Shown: positions 1 through 13,292 of the stretch, piece by piece
How positions within the stretch are numbered: the first letter of the stretch is position 1
Layout: every line of letters begins with the position of its first letter
Source: Podarcis filfolensis
Taxonomy: Eukaryota
Assembly: GCA_964270895.1 (NCBI GenBank)
Contig: OZ185437.1
DNA length: 64,000 nt
Reading direction: 5' to 3' (one strand)
The notes under the pieces: model-generated
The model's input: the letters and a program-made list of their open reading frames with translations, nothing else
What the model was told of the DNA's origin: nothing
The model's database searches: none
Position numbers and translations under genes: made by a program

Positions 1-209
1 CAAGGTATACATACATCCAGTTTTTTCCTGATAAATTCCCTTATAGAAACCCTGGGATGTTGTTCACTTTCCTCCATTTTCAAATAATGTTTTGTTTAAT
101 GTTACATTGCTATAATAATGAACTATCCATGTTACAAAACACATTATATTAATGTATAAATGGAAGACTAACATAAATGTTGAAGATTTTGCATGATAAC
201 TCTTTAAAG

Positions 210-348
210 CAAATATGGGGAACCTATTGCCCTTCAGGTGTTGCTGGACTGCAACTCCCATCATCCCTGAGTGTCGGCTATCTGGGCTAGGACTGTTGGG
301 ACTTGAGAGTCCAGTGGCGTGTGGAGGAGCACAGGTGTCCCAAACCCA
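210..348. mobile_element. Degenerate palindromic hAT-type MITE (same broad family as 14541 and 20135)
   Basis: Core ggactgcaactcccatcatccctga shared with intact copies; ends resemble decayed TIRs. Confidence 0.55.
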
Positions 349-530
349 GATGTCAAGGAATATGTCTCCTTGGAGGAAAGGTGGCATATTAATATAATAA
401 ATAAAAACATTTTAATTTGCGGGGAGCGTTAAATTCAGTTTGGGTCAAAATTGTAGGAGAACGCAGGGAAAAAATGGATTGTGCATGTTGCCTGGACAAT
501 ATTGATCCAGAGCAACTTTTCCCAACTTGG

Positions 531-640
531 TGCCCTCCAGGTGTTCTGGACTACAGTCCACATCAGCCCCAATCAACATTGCCAATAGCAATTATAGGAA
601 TTATAGTCCAGAATATCTGGAACAGTACCTGGCAAAGAAA
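531..640. mobile_element. Degenerate palindromic MITE remnant
   Basis: ccctccaggtgttctggactacag ... ttatagtccagaatatctgga arms related to the MITE family above. Confidence 0.45.
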
Positions 641-824
641 TAGTGTTTTGAGAAATTTTTTTTAAGTAGCTATCATAATGATTATAAATTCACCACAGAG
701 TTCCTTGGAGGAGCAGTAGGATATAAATTCAAGTGATATAAAAATATTATTGAGATACTCAGTGTGTTTGTCATTCCTTCCCCAACCCCTTCCACCTTTT
801 GGCTGCATGAAGTATCCCTTTCAG

Positions 825-2040
825 AACAATTGTAGTGAGCCTGCTGTCCCACCAAGTGCTGCTGCAGAATTTGTACGATATTTTGTTGGAAGAGTTTGTG
901 AAAGGGCCCTCGCACTCTGAAGAGAAGGCTGCGCACCAACCACCGGAAACTAAACTGGCAGGCTTCCTCAGGTACATTTCTATGCAGAACTTGGCTGTCA
1001 TCTTTGACTTGCTGCTGGATTCCTACCGGACAGCCAGAGAGTTTGATACGAGGACTGGGCTGAAGTGCCTGCTCAAAAAGGTCTCTGGCATTGGTGGAGC
1101 TGCCAACTTGTACCGCCAATCGGCGATGAGCTTCAACATTTACTTCCATGCCTTGATCTGCGCTATTATGACCAACCAGGAAAACATCACTGCAGAGCAG
1201 GTGAAGAAAATCCTCTTTGAAGATGACGAAAGAAGCACCGATTCATCCCAACAGTGCTCTTCGGAAGACGAAGACATTTTTGAAGAGACGGCCCAAGTAA
1301 GCCCACCTAGGGGGAAGGAGAAGAGGCAGTGGAGAGCCAGGCTGCCATCTCTGAGTGTCCAGCCTGTCAGCAATGCAGACTGGGCTTGGTTAATCAAAAG
1401 GCTTCATAAGCTCTGCATGGAGTTATGCAACAACTATATTCAAATGCATCTGGATTTGGAAAGCAGTGCCGATGAGCTCCCGGTCTTCCGAGGGGACCCC
1501 TTCTTCATCCTTCCGTCCTTCCAATCTGAAACATCCACCCCATCTACCGGAGGGCTCTCTGGGAAGGACACCCCTTCGGAAGATGACAAAAGCCAAATAA
1601 GGGATTCCCTGGCGGAGAATGTCACTCCCAAAGGAGGAAGTGGAGACATACTGCTGCTTCCGCCCTTGAGCCCCAAAACAGAGAAGAGAGACCAAGGCAG
1701 GAGAAAAGAGTGGTGGGAGAGCGCTGGCAACAAAATCTACACCATCGCCACAGACAAAACTATATCGAAGCTCATGACAGAATATAAGAAAAGGAAACAG
1801 CAGCATAACCTGGCCACTTTTGCCAAAGAGATGAAAGTCGACAAGAAAGGGGACCCGCTAAGCACGAGAGGGCCAGATTCCCCCCTCCCACAAAGGCCTC
1901 AAAATCTGGTTGACCAGGGCCAAATGAGGCACTCCTTCAGTGCAGGGCCAGAGATTTTGAGACAGGAGAAGAGGTCACGCTCTGGGTCAACGGTCAGTTC
2001 ACTCAACATATCCGTCCGGGATGGTGAGGCGCAAATACAG
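825..2040 (+). CDS. ARFGEF3: ARFGEF3 (BIG3/KIAA1244) penultimate coding exon; gene continues upstream of window
   Basis: Open frame TIVVSLLSHQVLLQNLYDILLEEF...RDGEAQIQ closely matches the recalled human BIG3 C-terminus; acceptor tatccctttcAG at 823-824; donor CAG|gtaaga at 2041. The ORF-track tail VRKQADGET is intronic. Confidence 0.96.
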
Positions 2041-2722
2041 GTAAGAAAACAGGCCGACGGAGAAACTTAAAATGGATGAAAATATGCTTTTTCAATTGCA
2101 GCAGTTGTTTTCCTCATTTGGGATTAAACAGAAAGCAGGTCTTCCGGAAATATAAATTCATTATTGTAGAATATAACACACACTTGTGCTTGCAGGGGCA
2201 GCCTTAAGCATTGGGCACTTGGGGTAAAATATTAAGGTATCCCATACAGCCACACCCACCTGCCCACTGACCCTTGCAACCTCTGGGCCAGAGCAGCCCA
2301 TTATACCCAATGTTCTATCAAGCTTCAGGTTCTTTGTGAGTTTCCAGCCTCAACAGGTGATTTGTGACACTTCCTACAATAACTTGGCTTATCCAGTACT
2401 TTCCATTGCTGTCCCTTGCCTTTCTTTTAGTTTTTCATTTTGGTGTGTTTGCCACACCAGCTAACTCCTTCATCTCAGCCTTACCAAAATGAATCATATG
2501 CCTGGTGAACCAAGATGGCTCGGGGTAGAAAAGTTAATTATAGGACCAGCCCTCGGTGTCAAGCTGTGTTTTGAACCTTAAAGACTTTTTCATTGGGCAA
2601 CTTAAGTTTACTGCTGACATTTTTCAGAAATTACTTCATATTTACATTATGAGCTATATTCTTCACGATGTTTTTACACAGCTATATAGTTACAGATTTC
2701 TTCTCTCCCTGTGTCATTTTAG

Positions 2723-2914
2723 GCATGGACCAACATGGTATTGACAGTTCTTAACCAGATTCAGGCCCTTCCAGACCAGATCTTCACAGCTCTCCAGCCA
2801 GCTGTGTTCCCTTGCATCAGTCAGCTGACTTGTCATGTGACTGACATTCGAGTTCGCCAGGCTGTGAGAGAATGGTTGGGCAGAGTGGGCAGAGTGTATG
2901 ACATTATTGTGTAG
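2723..2914 (+). CDS. ARFGEF3: ARFGEF3 terminal coding exon (63 aa + TAG)
   Basis: Acceptor gtgtcattttAG (2721-2722); AWTNMVLTVLNQIQALPDQIFTALQPAVFPCISQLTCHVTDIRVRQAVREWLGRVGRVYDIIV* matches the recalled BIG3 end; phase 0 join; tandem TAG TAG stops. Missing from the ORF track. Confidence 0.96.
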   Translation, partial: AWTNMVLTVLNQIQALPDQIFTALQPAVFPCISQLTCHVTDIRVRQAVREWLGRVGRVYDIIV

Positions 2915-4284
2915 TAGACACTGGATGCAGTACCCACTAGAGAATGAATTGAAGGCATACAAATATAAAGTGCAGTTACTGAAATGTTATCTTTTGAAAG
3001 TGATGAGGTAACTGTCTACTTGCTGGTAATTAGAAACTGGCAACATCTGTCCCATGCTGTTAACTGCTTAAGAGCACAGTTCAGTCTTGCTCATGCCTAC
3101 AAGAGCATGTGGTAACCACAGTGTGCTTATACATCAAGTATCCCAAAATAATACTGTATATTAAATCTGAAAATGCTGTTTTAAGTCAGGCTGATATATG
3201 AAAACTCAGTATATTGATGTTGCATATTTTTCAAAGAGTGAAGTATTTCTCCATAGGGAAATGGCAGTGGAATGAAGGTGGCACAAAATGGACACCTTCA
3301 CAAAAGTAGGCTAGATACAGAACAACCAAAGTGAGAGCCTGCTTTCACAAACCTTCAGTGTGGCATCAACATCTTCCCACTCCAGTGCAATTTTGACTTA
3401 AGTACATTCTGAATGCAAGCTCTTTGATTTTCTGAAGAGTACAACAGATGCATAGGTGTCTTTAGCATAGAACCTTTATGTGCTCCCAAAACTGGCAGAC
3501 TGACATTTGAAAGTATCTTAATTTAAAAAAAAATACAAATTGATAGAAATCAATGAGCTGTTTCAATAAATTGTTCATGTAAAACATGACATGAAAAACA
3601 GATGACCCAAATTCGAAAACTGATACATTTACAAAATTCACAGTGCACATTTCATTTTCTATCACACACCGGAGTGGTGGTGAGAATCAGCCGTGCACTG
3701 GCTTCTGATCCCCTTTTAATGTGTTTTGGTGACATCCTAGATGTGGATGCGGTATGGTGTGATATGGCAAGAGCAGCTTGCCTGGTGGAGCATCGGTGTT
3801 GCTGACCAAGAGGAGGGACGAGCAACTGTGTAGTTGGGGCTGTTCTGTCACACAGCCCTTATCACCCCTTTCCTCTTCCTCCCAGAAGTGATAGCAACAC
3901 TCCTACTGGAAGGCTGTTCCTGCAGTTCTGCCCCACTGGGGGAAGGACTGTTATGCTATGGTGCTGGAAGCTGTCTAGGGAGGAAATAGTTAATCCTGCA
4001 TAGGATAACACATGCCAAAAGCCATAGACTTCTAAGAGGTTTCGCCTCCTTTGATGTCAAGCCAAAGGTCTTTAAGTAAGGGAAAAGATCATAAATATGA
4101 CTACAGAAAAGAAACAGAAAGCTGCAACTTGCCTGTTTTCTACAACAGCTGCCTTGTCCCATTCCTACATTGCAGGTGAACATGTTGGATGCTTGACTAC
4201 TGCCCCAGAATTCCCTCTGTGGCCACCTCAATTTGTTTTTTTCTCCATGAAAAGAAATAAAATAATTATGTAGGTTTGGAAGGT

Positions 4285-4395
4285 GGTACCCATTTTATGC
4301 TCTCATCTGTCCTGTGAGGCTGCTTAGTTTGAGAAAAGGGTAAAGCAGCCTTCATATCGGAACAGGGATTTGAACAGAGACCTTTCACCCTGGTC
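4285..4395 (-). mobile_element. Decayed CORE/MIR-like SINE remnant in ARFGEF3 3' UTR
   Basis: cccattttat...ctgtgagg...cagggatttgaac resembles the reverse complement of a CORE-SINE core and B box. Confidence 0.35.
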
Positions 4396-6589
4396 CTTTT
4401 AAATCTACTTCCTTTATCCAAGCTGTCTAGCATACACAGCTAAATATATAGTCCATTAATTAGAAAACGGCCTATAAAATATGGGTGTGGCCACCTTTAT
4501 TTATATGCCACAGTTATATGTTGCCTATCTCCCACTGCATTCAAGGTGGTCCATAATTTTGAAAAATTGCTTGCATTTTAATCGGTATGATGCAAAAGCG
4601 AAAGGGGACACAGAAAGCAGAGAAAAATAATTGCATTCAAGTACTCTGCGGGACAGTTCTGTGCAAGGACAAACCAAGTGGTAGCTGTTCCTAGCCTAGC
4701 TGAAAGAGTAGCACTTGCTGTCCCAGCTCTGCCTCTGGTGCAGAATGGTGACTGATCAGAGCAGCTCCCGTAGGGGAGGAGCCAGCTGGGTTTGGCCCTA
4801 GATAAGCATATGGAGAGAGGACTTGCTGACAACCCACCCAAGTGATAGCTGGCCTCATCCAACATGGGAGGCCTCACGTCTTAATTATTTCTAAAACACA
4901 ACAGCTAACCCTCAAATCCGTTTGGCACATGGGCCCATACACATGTCCATCACATACCCAGGAGATCAGACTGAGTCTTGTCAATGATGACCTCAAAAAC
5001 AGGGTGCACAGATTGCAAGGCTGATGCAACTATACAGGTAAGCCTTGCAAGAGCAGGTGTTTTTTTAAAGACCCCCAACAAAGTAATGTGTGATCTCAGG
5101 GTCACTTGCAGTGTCAAAGATGATGATGCTGAGGACAACTTTTGGATGGCACATCACAGCCTCTCATGCCAGCCCTGAATATTGGTCTCATTAATTGAAC
5201 TGAAAAGGGGTGAGTCTTCATCAGCCTGATTTATGATGCATTGCAGTTTGCCTTGGACAAAAATTCCCTTACTCCTCCCTCTTTGTTTGTATGTTAAATG
5301 AATGGGAGACTATGAATGTACACAATCTCACAGCTGCTGAATCCTTGTAACTATATTATGGAATTCTTTGTCAAAGAAGCTGCTACTGTGCCCGAATTTG
5401 ATTGTTTTGTTCTTTTTTTCAATTTTCCATTTAAATATGCAGTGTTTCTATGGCTCTTTGTGAAGTTGGAATTTTTTAGGGGAACATTTTCAAGTGATGC
5501 ACGCCTACATTGTTTGTTAGTTGGATTTTATATGCAATTCTAGCTTGACCCCTGTAAGCGTCTATTTAACGGAGTCATTAAATAGAGAGAGAGATATACA
5601 ACACTCAGGATGTCTGCATCTGTTCTACTGAATGCCAAAAAATAGTAATTCCTGGATTGCTAACAGAGGGGTAACCCCCCCCCCCGTACAATGAAGTATA
5701 TGTTACATGTGAACCAATATTGTGAATTGCACATGCTGAGAAGATAAGTGTGGCACGACAAGATTTTTATGGCCATTATTACAGGAAAGACAAAAGTGGA
5801 CTATTGTTACTTTTCTTAAGGAGCTGAGGCAGTACAGCCACCAACTGCAGAAGCCACCTTAAACCATTCCTGATTGCAGCTGCCCAGCAGATCAGGATGT
5901 TTACCCCACATTGCGTCCATCCTCTCTCTTTGGATGCCAGAAGCAAAGCAAACCATATAAGCTGGCCTTCAACATAAAGGTATGGGAAGTTTTGGCTGGT
6001 GAGCGGGGTAGAACAGGATAGAAGCACCACATAGGGGGGATTGTCAAGGGGTTATGCACTAGGCGGGACAAATGGAAACTTATTTTGGTGACTTAACAGA
6101 ACACAGTAGCATTGTTAGGAGTGGAAGTAGTCTGGACTTTTCGGCTGACCTTGAAAAGCTGCTCTAGCCTTAGGTGACAATGAAATAAATTGCACAGACT
6201 CAGAAGGCAAATGTCAAATCAGCCATGAACCACAAAGGCAAGTCTTATGGGTGTGGCAATGTCCCTTTTGAGCTTCCTTCTCTGCCAGAAAAAGGCTTCC
6301 CAGTCACATTCAGTGGAAGGAGACACTTAATAAGCTCACTGGCCAAGTTGCACCTTCTGCTGCTATGAACTAGAAAGTTCTTATGAGCAAAGAGTTGCAT
6401 ATGCATGGCTGATCTTGCAAGGCACCCATGCATCTGGGGACTGACTGCTCCAGTGGACATGGCAAGGCAGAGGAACTCATTGAACCTTTGCTTTCTCCCA
6501 CCCAATCTCAAAATGGGATTATGTGCATTAAAGCCTGCACCATTTCACAATGAAAAGCTGTGATTATATAACGTGGCACACATTATTTA

Positions 6590-6590
<1 letters not shown>

Positions 6591-6640
<50 letters not shown>

Positions 6641-6792
6641 ATGTATTAGTTGCCCTCCACCAGCTAGTCCCAGAGCACGTTACAACAATTTAAAATTCAG
6701 AATTAAAAACCGTGAAAACAAATTAAGAGCCAAAGGAATAGGGTGGGTCCTGAAAACAAATATCTCAGGTGTCAAAGGCCAGGGGGCAGAGG
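6591..6792 (-). mobile_element. L2-type LINE 3' end with (TAA)16 tail
   Basis: (ATT)16 at 6591-6638 followed by gccctccaccagctagtcccagagc...aaattcagaattaaaaa...gggtgggtcctgaaaacaaa; a related copy lies at 14266-14428. Confidence 0.6.
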
Positions 6793-7845
6793 ATGGAACT
6801 TGTACATGACAAAAATCAGAGTGGCAGCCCTGTGTCAGGCTTGCTCCTCCACCTCCATTCTGTGTAGTGCAACTTCTCTCATGTCCAGTGATCTCTGCTG
6901 TATAAGTATTTTTCTGCTAAGACCTGGGGGCAAAACTGAGAAAATGCTGTGAGCAGTAAGATAAGGGCAGGGTGTAATACAAGTCAGAGGGAGAAGACTT
7001 AGCACAGGGCCATCATATTGGATCTTGTTTGTTCGTCTAAATATAGTTCTGCCCACAGAGAACACTCCATCTTAACTAAAATGGAAAAGATGCTGTACTA
7101 CAGAACTGCAACGTCATTCTTAGAGCAATGAAGCTGCTTATTTATATGGCAAGAGTCTCTTCCAGCAATGGTTACTGTCTACCATTTGAGATACAGTGCC
7201 AAGCTAAATGGATAGAAACCACTTTTCTATTTATTGCTAAGAAGTGAAAGCCCCAAAGGACTGTTCGTTCTCTTATGCCAAAGATACAACTCGCTCAAAA
7301 GTGAATATAACAACAAAATGACTTGGCTTTCATTATGGAGCCTTGCTCCATTTCACATATAGGTAGAAAATCACAGGAATCCAAAATGTATTGAAGGCTA
7401 CAAATGGGTAAACCCAGCCTTTTTGCCCTATAAGATGGTTGTAAGCTTTTGCAAGCATAGTTCGCAAAGCACTGAAGGCCTGCAATTTGGGAGGAGGTTG
7501 GTAGGTAAGAATGACCAGGAAAGATGCAGTAGAGCAATGGATGTTCCCCTTGGTTCAATGTCAGTGCGCTCTGTGTAAACAGAGTGGCCATATAGAGTCA
7601 GCATATGCCTACACAACTATGAATATATGTTATTAAACTTTCCTTGAATCCTGCCCCATCTTTCCTTGTGATGTTAAATTATAATGACTTCCCTAGTCCC
7701 TTTTCCTCTTTTCTTGTGAAACAGATTTGTTCCGTTTCCACCCCCCTGTGTCTATGTTGAACAGTTCGTTGTAAACCACTTTACAAAATGTATTTTGTGT
7801 ATATTTTGTTCAAAGGGAATTCTTAAAGGAAGATATTTTAAAACA

Positions 7846-7881
7846 AATAAACTATTTATGTTGCTCGTGTTGTAGAATAAA
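7846..7881 (+). terminator. ARFGEF3: Probable distal poly(A) signals of ARFGEF3 (about 5 kb 3' UTR)
   Basis: Two AATAAA (7846-7851, 7876-7881) after a U-rich stretch and followed by GT/T-rich ggtgtgtgttgtttttg (~7907-7923). Confidence 0.55.
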
Positions 7882-8425
7882 GTAAATCCAAAATGCAACT
7901 ACTTGGAGGTGTGTGTTGTTTTTGCCGTATCAGCAACGGGGAGCATATTATACGGCAGATGTTTATATGTATAAAAAGTTGACGCAAGGAACTTATTCTC
8001 CGTCTCTGGCACAAGTTGAGACAGATGAATACTCAGAAGGATGACCACAACAGAAAAAACCCACGGTTCTCATTGTGAACACCCACAGGAATGCATTGGC
8101 TTCGGATGGGCTGATTGACAAGGAGGATTGCCAGTATCCCACCTCCACCTCATCTCATTATAACCTTTAGTGCGCTTTTTTCCTCTCTGTGGCTTCTTAC
8201 AGAGGAAAAGCGAGTGGGGAGATGACAATTCACCCTACAGAAGCCATTTCTATGGCAGAGAGTTACTAGAGACCTGCTGGGAGGGATTATTTTGATAAAT
8301 AGGAAGATGGGCAGAAGCATTTAGGAAGCTTGTCAGTGGAAACGTATTAATAACTGCATGAGATTGTGGCTCTGGAAGTTTTGGGGGCTCAATCTTGGGA
8401 AGGCTGCACCCCCACGCTTCCTAAG

Positions 8426-8544
8426 CAAACTTGGCCCTCTAGCTGTTTTGGGACCACAACTCCCATCATCCCTAGCTAACAGGACCAGTGGTCAGGGATG
8501 ATGGGAATTGTAGTCCCAAAACAGCTGGAGTTTGGCCATGCCTG
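8426..8544. mobile_element. hAT-type palindromic MITE, left end truncated
   Basis: Near identical to 14541-14676 and 20135-20270 (gctgttttgggac.acaactcccatcatccct...agggatgatgggaattgtagtcccaaaacagc). Confidence 0.85.
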
Positions 8545-11260
8545 ACCTAAAACTTGTGTTGTATATCACCATCAGCTTTATCTATAGATTTCTCATCTGA
8601 GCGAGTTTGATTTTCTTTCTCTCCACCTAAGGACAGCTTGACTTATGCAACTGCACTGTTCAGAAGAGCACTGCCCACTTTTCTTTACAGAAGGGAGGAC
8701 CATACTGAATGAAGTTGTGCAAGAATATTATTCAGACAGGAAGCAGAATTTGTAAACATACAAATGGAGGTCAGCGGAAGATGATGGGGTTGGCTGCTGA
8801 CATTAAAGGGGTGCATCGCTTAACTTGTTTCCCCTTTCCCACCTACATACAGTAGTTCCTTTTAAAAAAATAAAAGGCATGTCAAGGTTACAGTGATTAC
8901 TGTACTAATGTGGCCCTTATGAGGTACTATTCTGTATAGGGGCCTCTGAAAACACTTGGAGATGTCAAGGACTCCCATAACAGAAGCAAAAAAATTTCAT
9001 CTCTGAGAAATCATTTGCATGGCTGAATACCCAGAGTAGCCAACAAGACTACACAGCATTTGATTTTCTTCTGGCTCATTCCCCGAGTGATTACTAACCT
9101 TCCTGACATTTCATTTTACAGCTTCTTCATATATTTTTCAGAGGCCCAGTGTAATTACGATAATCTAGTCTCTTGCCTTATGTTACAAAATCAATACAGT
9201 TTTACCCACTTGTCCCCTCTAAAAGTCCATGGCACCTCATTGTGGTTGCTCTCAGGCCTCGCGGGTGTGTCAGCAACTGCAGTGGACTGTCGAGAGCCGT
9301 GGTCTGTGAAGTGGATCACTCCCACGAAATGGAAGGTATTTGTATCAGGTTTCCTTTCTAGTTACACAAAGAACATTTGCGCTTCCTGCATCTGTTGGCT
9401 TGAGGTCAGAAAGTTTGTCATGGAAATAGCACTGATTAAAAATTTAGTAGTTCCAATTCCTTTAAAAAAAATAAGAATCTCAAGGTTTAGGTCTCCTTCA
9501 GCAAGATCAGTGAGCTCATTAAACAAGAAGAAAGGGGCTTGGAATAAAAAATAATAATTCACTGCTGTAACTTTCATTAATTAACAAAGGAACAAAACTT
9601 CCCATTATCTAAAATTAATGAGACCACTTTGCCGAACCTTTTCAATCAATCCATATGTTTTTTTATTTATAAATTCCTTGTTATTGTCATGAAGTCAGTG
9701 CTAGAGTTGTCATATTAAGCACCTACCCCAGCATCTGCAGAACACCCCACTCCACAAAATTTGAACCCAAAAACCTTATCATTTCAGCAGCCAGATCAAA
9801 ATAGAACAAACAACTTCTCAAGATGCGCTAGAGAAACCCCTGGTATTGAGTAACTTGCAAGTTCTACAGCTTTTATAAATGGAAGGGAATTTTAACTATT
9901 TTAAGACATACGTTTTCACTGAAATTACTACTAAACCACAGAAGCACCCATGCTTTGATATCAGCAAACCAACCAGGCAGTATCCCAGCAATATAAGGAA
10001 GTGAAATTGCTCAAGCACCACTTTGGGTTCTCACAGGTCTTACACTGACAGCAAAGGTTTTAGACTAAAAGACTTGATCAGAAATCTTTATAAAATCAAA
10101 ATATAAAACAATACTTACAGGATAACAAGTCATGGAATGTGAGCATTGAACATACACAGAAAAAGCACAATAGTGGCAGCTGCAATAAGGGATCTGATGT
10201 GGGAGCCATGGATTTCAGCTATGTTGTTTTGCTCCTGCCTTCCGATTTGCCCTCTGATCCTGATTGCTCTTTGGTCAAGCTTGTTCTTGAACCCTTTCTC
10301 TTGGTTGCCTTCATATCTGATTGTTCTTTGGTCCTGGCTCTGGGCCAGACTTTTGCCCATACCCCAACCTTGACAAAGATTGTGTCAGGACATGACACAA
10401 AAGGAAAAATGTGGCAGGGAGGGAAGAGGAAAACTTGAAAACAATTGTTGGATCACTCTAGATCTTGTGCATATCAGTTCCACCAGAAATGATGGCACGA
10501 AGTTCCACCTGCTCAAGCCACACCACTCTTATTCACCATCCCTATATGTAAGAAGTACTATTTAAAACATAAATAAAAGTAGTAGAAATACTTCTCTAAC
10601 TGTTCAAACCAATCATCGGGAAAGGATGCGTAATGATATGCAGAATAAACAAACCATCTCCAGGCTTGCTCATGTCAGAATTTAGTCTTTGACAAATGAG
10701 AATATCTGAGCAGTAAACCTTTCCCTAATACACTAAGGCTGAAGGAACATTCTGCTATACGCAGAAGCAGAGTATCTGGACTTAATTCATATTGCTTTCA
10801 CACCATCTGCTTCTAGCTGTCATTTCCAGTTACCTACTCAGAGGGGTGCATGTTGAATAGCCTGGCAAGGATGCTCAGTTCTTGCAAGTTTCCACCAGCA
10901 ATGAAGAGAGCAGAACTACCGTATTTTTCCCTCTATAACACGCAGATTTTTTCTCCTAAAAAGGAAGGGGAAATGTCTGTGCGTGTTATTGAGCGAATGT
11001 GTGGTCCCTGGAGCCAAATGGCAAAAAAAATCAGGCAAAAATCAAATCGCGCGTCTCGGAGAAGGGAAACCTGAAAAGAGGAAGTGGCTGCTTTCCTGCA
11101 TTCTGCCTCAGGGTCTTACTGCCCACCCTCCTCTGTTTCCTTGCTGTGTTTGCTCAAACGGAACAAAGAGCAGGGAAAGCCCCTCCCCTCCAGGCAAGCA
11201 GAGGGGAAAGCAGAGTGTCGTCTCTGTGCTCCGGTGCTGCTGAAAACATGCAGGAGGGGG

Positions 11261-11286
11261 AGAGAGAGAGAGAGAGAGAGAGAGAG
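11261..11286. repeat. (AG)13 microsatellite inside the Tc2-like element
   Basis: Direct reading. Confidence 0.95.
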
Positions 11287-11444
11287 CGCTGGCTGGCTGG
11301 CTTGGGTGGGTAGGTGAGGGAAAACTTTTGCCTTCCTTTCCTCCCTCCCGTTATACCCCTCTCCTGCATTCTTAGCCAGCTGCTTCTCTGCACACCCCTC
11401 TCGTGCTCCTTGTCCATTCTGTATTTTTCCTTCCTTCCCCACTT

Positions 11445-11700
11445 AAAATGTGGTTAAAAAGCATGGATCCACATGGATCCTCAGGATCTTTGCATTGGGT
11501 CACCCCAAATTCACCATCAGATCACATAGCATGTCCATGGCTACAGCCTGCCCCCCCCCCAAATCACGCACCCACTGTTGCCTGGGGCTGCAATGGTGCA
11601 AAAACGTGGTTACAAAGCATGGATCCACAGGGATTCTCAGGATTTTTGCATTGGGTCACCCCAAATTCACCATCAGATCACATGTCTGTGGCCACAGCAT
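11445..11700. repeat. Two-copy ~100-bp direct repeat with 156-bp period
   Basis: aaaa.gtggtta.aaagcatggatccaca.gga...gcattgggtcaccccaaattcaccatcagatcacat starts at 11445 and 11601. Confidence 0.9.
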
Positions 11701-13292
11701 GAAGCACAAAAATGATACATCCACTGTTTCATTCAGAATGTTTTTTCCCTTGTTTTCCTCCTCTAAAAACGATGTGCGTGTTATGGTCAGGTGCGTGTTA
11801 TCGAGCGAAAAATACGGTACTTCAAAAGCAAGGTGTTCTTGCTATCTAGTGTTTGGGAGTCCAGTGCTAAATGCAACAATCGTTTTGAAATATAACAGAA
11901 AGAAAGCATACTCCATGTAGCTGAACATGACATCTGACTAGCACATGCTCCTCAGTACATCATGGTGCAGAGTATTTTTTGTTTCCCATCCACAAGGTAA
12001 GAAGCAAACACAATGCAACTTGTTCCATAATACCCCCCAGGTTCCCTGACCAAAGCAGCTGAACAGAGCATTGTGTTAGAATGAGCTGAGTTTCAATAGC
12101 TTTCATTTCTACAGTAGAAACACCACAGGCAGAATCTAGTAGAATAACAGGTTTGTTAAACTGCATGAAGGCAACAGAATACCTAAAAATGCTCTACTTT
12201 AAACAGTAGCTAATACTAAGCAGAATTAATTCCATTCTTAGAAAAGCGCAACTGGAATGTACTCTTGTCACCTCATGAATCGTTTCACAAACACCATATA
12301 TTGGAAAGCAGAAAATCTGTTGACAAGTTTCTGCACAATTATTTTGGAACTTCCTAGAAACAAGCTGTATATACAGAAACTACTGCTCAAGTACATTCAA
12401 GAATATTTGTTCAAAAGGTATCAGTTGCTGCTATCATTTTTTCTCTTTATCACCATCATTGTCAGTATTTTGTCTATGCTCAGCTTCAGTAATTGTCCAA
12501 TTTTATTAAAACAAGCGTCCCTTGGAGGAGAAAAATAAGCCTGAGCAGCCTCAGCTAAGGTTGCAGTCCTATACATACATACTTGGAAATGAACCCAATT
12601 GAACTCAGAGGCTAGAAGACTAAGAATTCATAACACATGAATATACAAGTTTGGCCAAAGATTTCAACCCAAGAAGAGTGCCCCAACAGCTCCACTGACA
12701 AAGTATTGGGCTGACAACCGCCTCCTGAAGTGGTAATACACATTCCTGTGCTCTTGGACCAATTTTTTCCACCTCTGATTTTGCTAAATTAAATCAGCAG
12801 CTAGAATCCCCAAGAGTCTTCCACCGAAGGCTCTCTTTAATAATGCACATTTCAATTCAAAAACTTTCACTTGGATGCAGAGACCATTTGCTTACTGTTT
12901 CTCGCTGGTCTTAGAAAGGAAAATGATGTTCCAGTAGTTTGAGCATTGGCTGGCAGCCAGAATCCTTGAATCTCAAGGCAAGTTTTGGCACAGCGGCCTT
13001 GGGCAACATGCTCATAAGACTCTTCGGCCCTCATCCTGCCTCTCAGGCAGGGGTCTCCCCAACAGCAACACCTTTGGTCAGAAACTTTGTTGAAACTCAA
13101 ATAATGAACCACAATGAAGCCATACAATACAAAAAAAACCCACCCTGTAATTTTCTAAGAATGTTATCTCCTGTTATTGTATTCTCTCTTCAAAAAATTA
13201 ATAAAAGTTGTTTACATAAAAATTAACACAATAAAAACAGCAGAATAGACAATTGCCAAAACAAACAAAAACAAAAACAAATGATGGGGAAT

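Larger units (their letters stand above)
10919..11817. mobile_element. Non-autonomous Tc1/mariner-superfamily (Tc2/pogo-like) DNA transposon, 899 bp
   Basis: TIRs ccgtatttttccctctataacacgca / tgcgtgttatcgagcgaaaaatacgg (24/26 complementary), TA on both flanks (10917-18, 11818-19); CCGTA termini are typical of Tc2-like elements; no transposase ORF. Confidence 0.85.

Noticed and set aside
682-1806. Minus-strand ORFs over the ARFGEF3 exon
   Set aside because: Antisense or alternate frames of a real exon with no recognisable domains.
2041-2070. ORF-track C-terminus VRKQADGET* of ARFGEF3
   Set aside because: Read-through past the consensus donor at 2041; the true end is the 2723-2914 exon.
4980-5135. 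C/D snoRNA-like boxes (ATGATGA ... CTGA)
   Set aside because: Spacing is too short or lacks a terminal stem, and the site is in a UTR rather than an intron.
9060-9554. 164-aa intergenic ORF, and 164-aa ORF at 63225-63719
   Set aside because: Composition (F/I/L/K/C-rich) is typical of random AT-rich frames; no splice structure or homology recognised.
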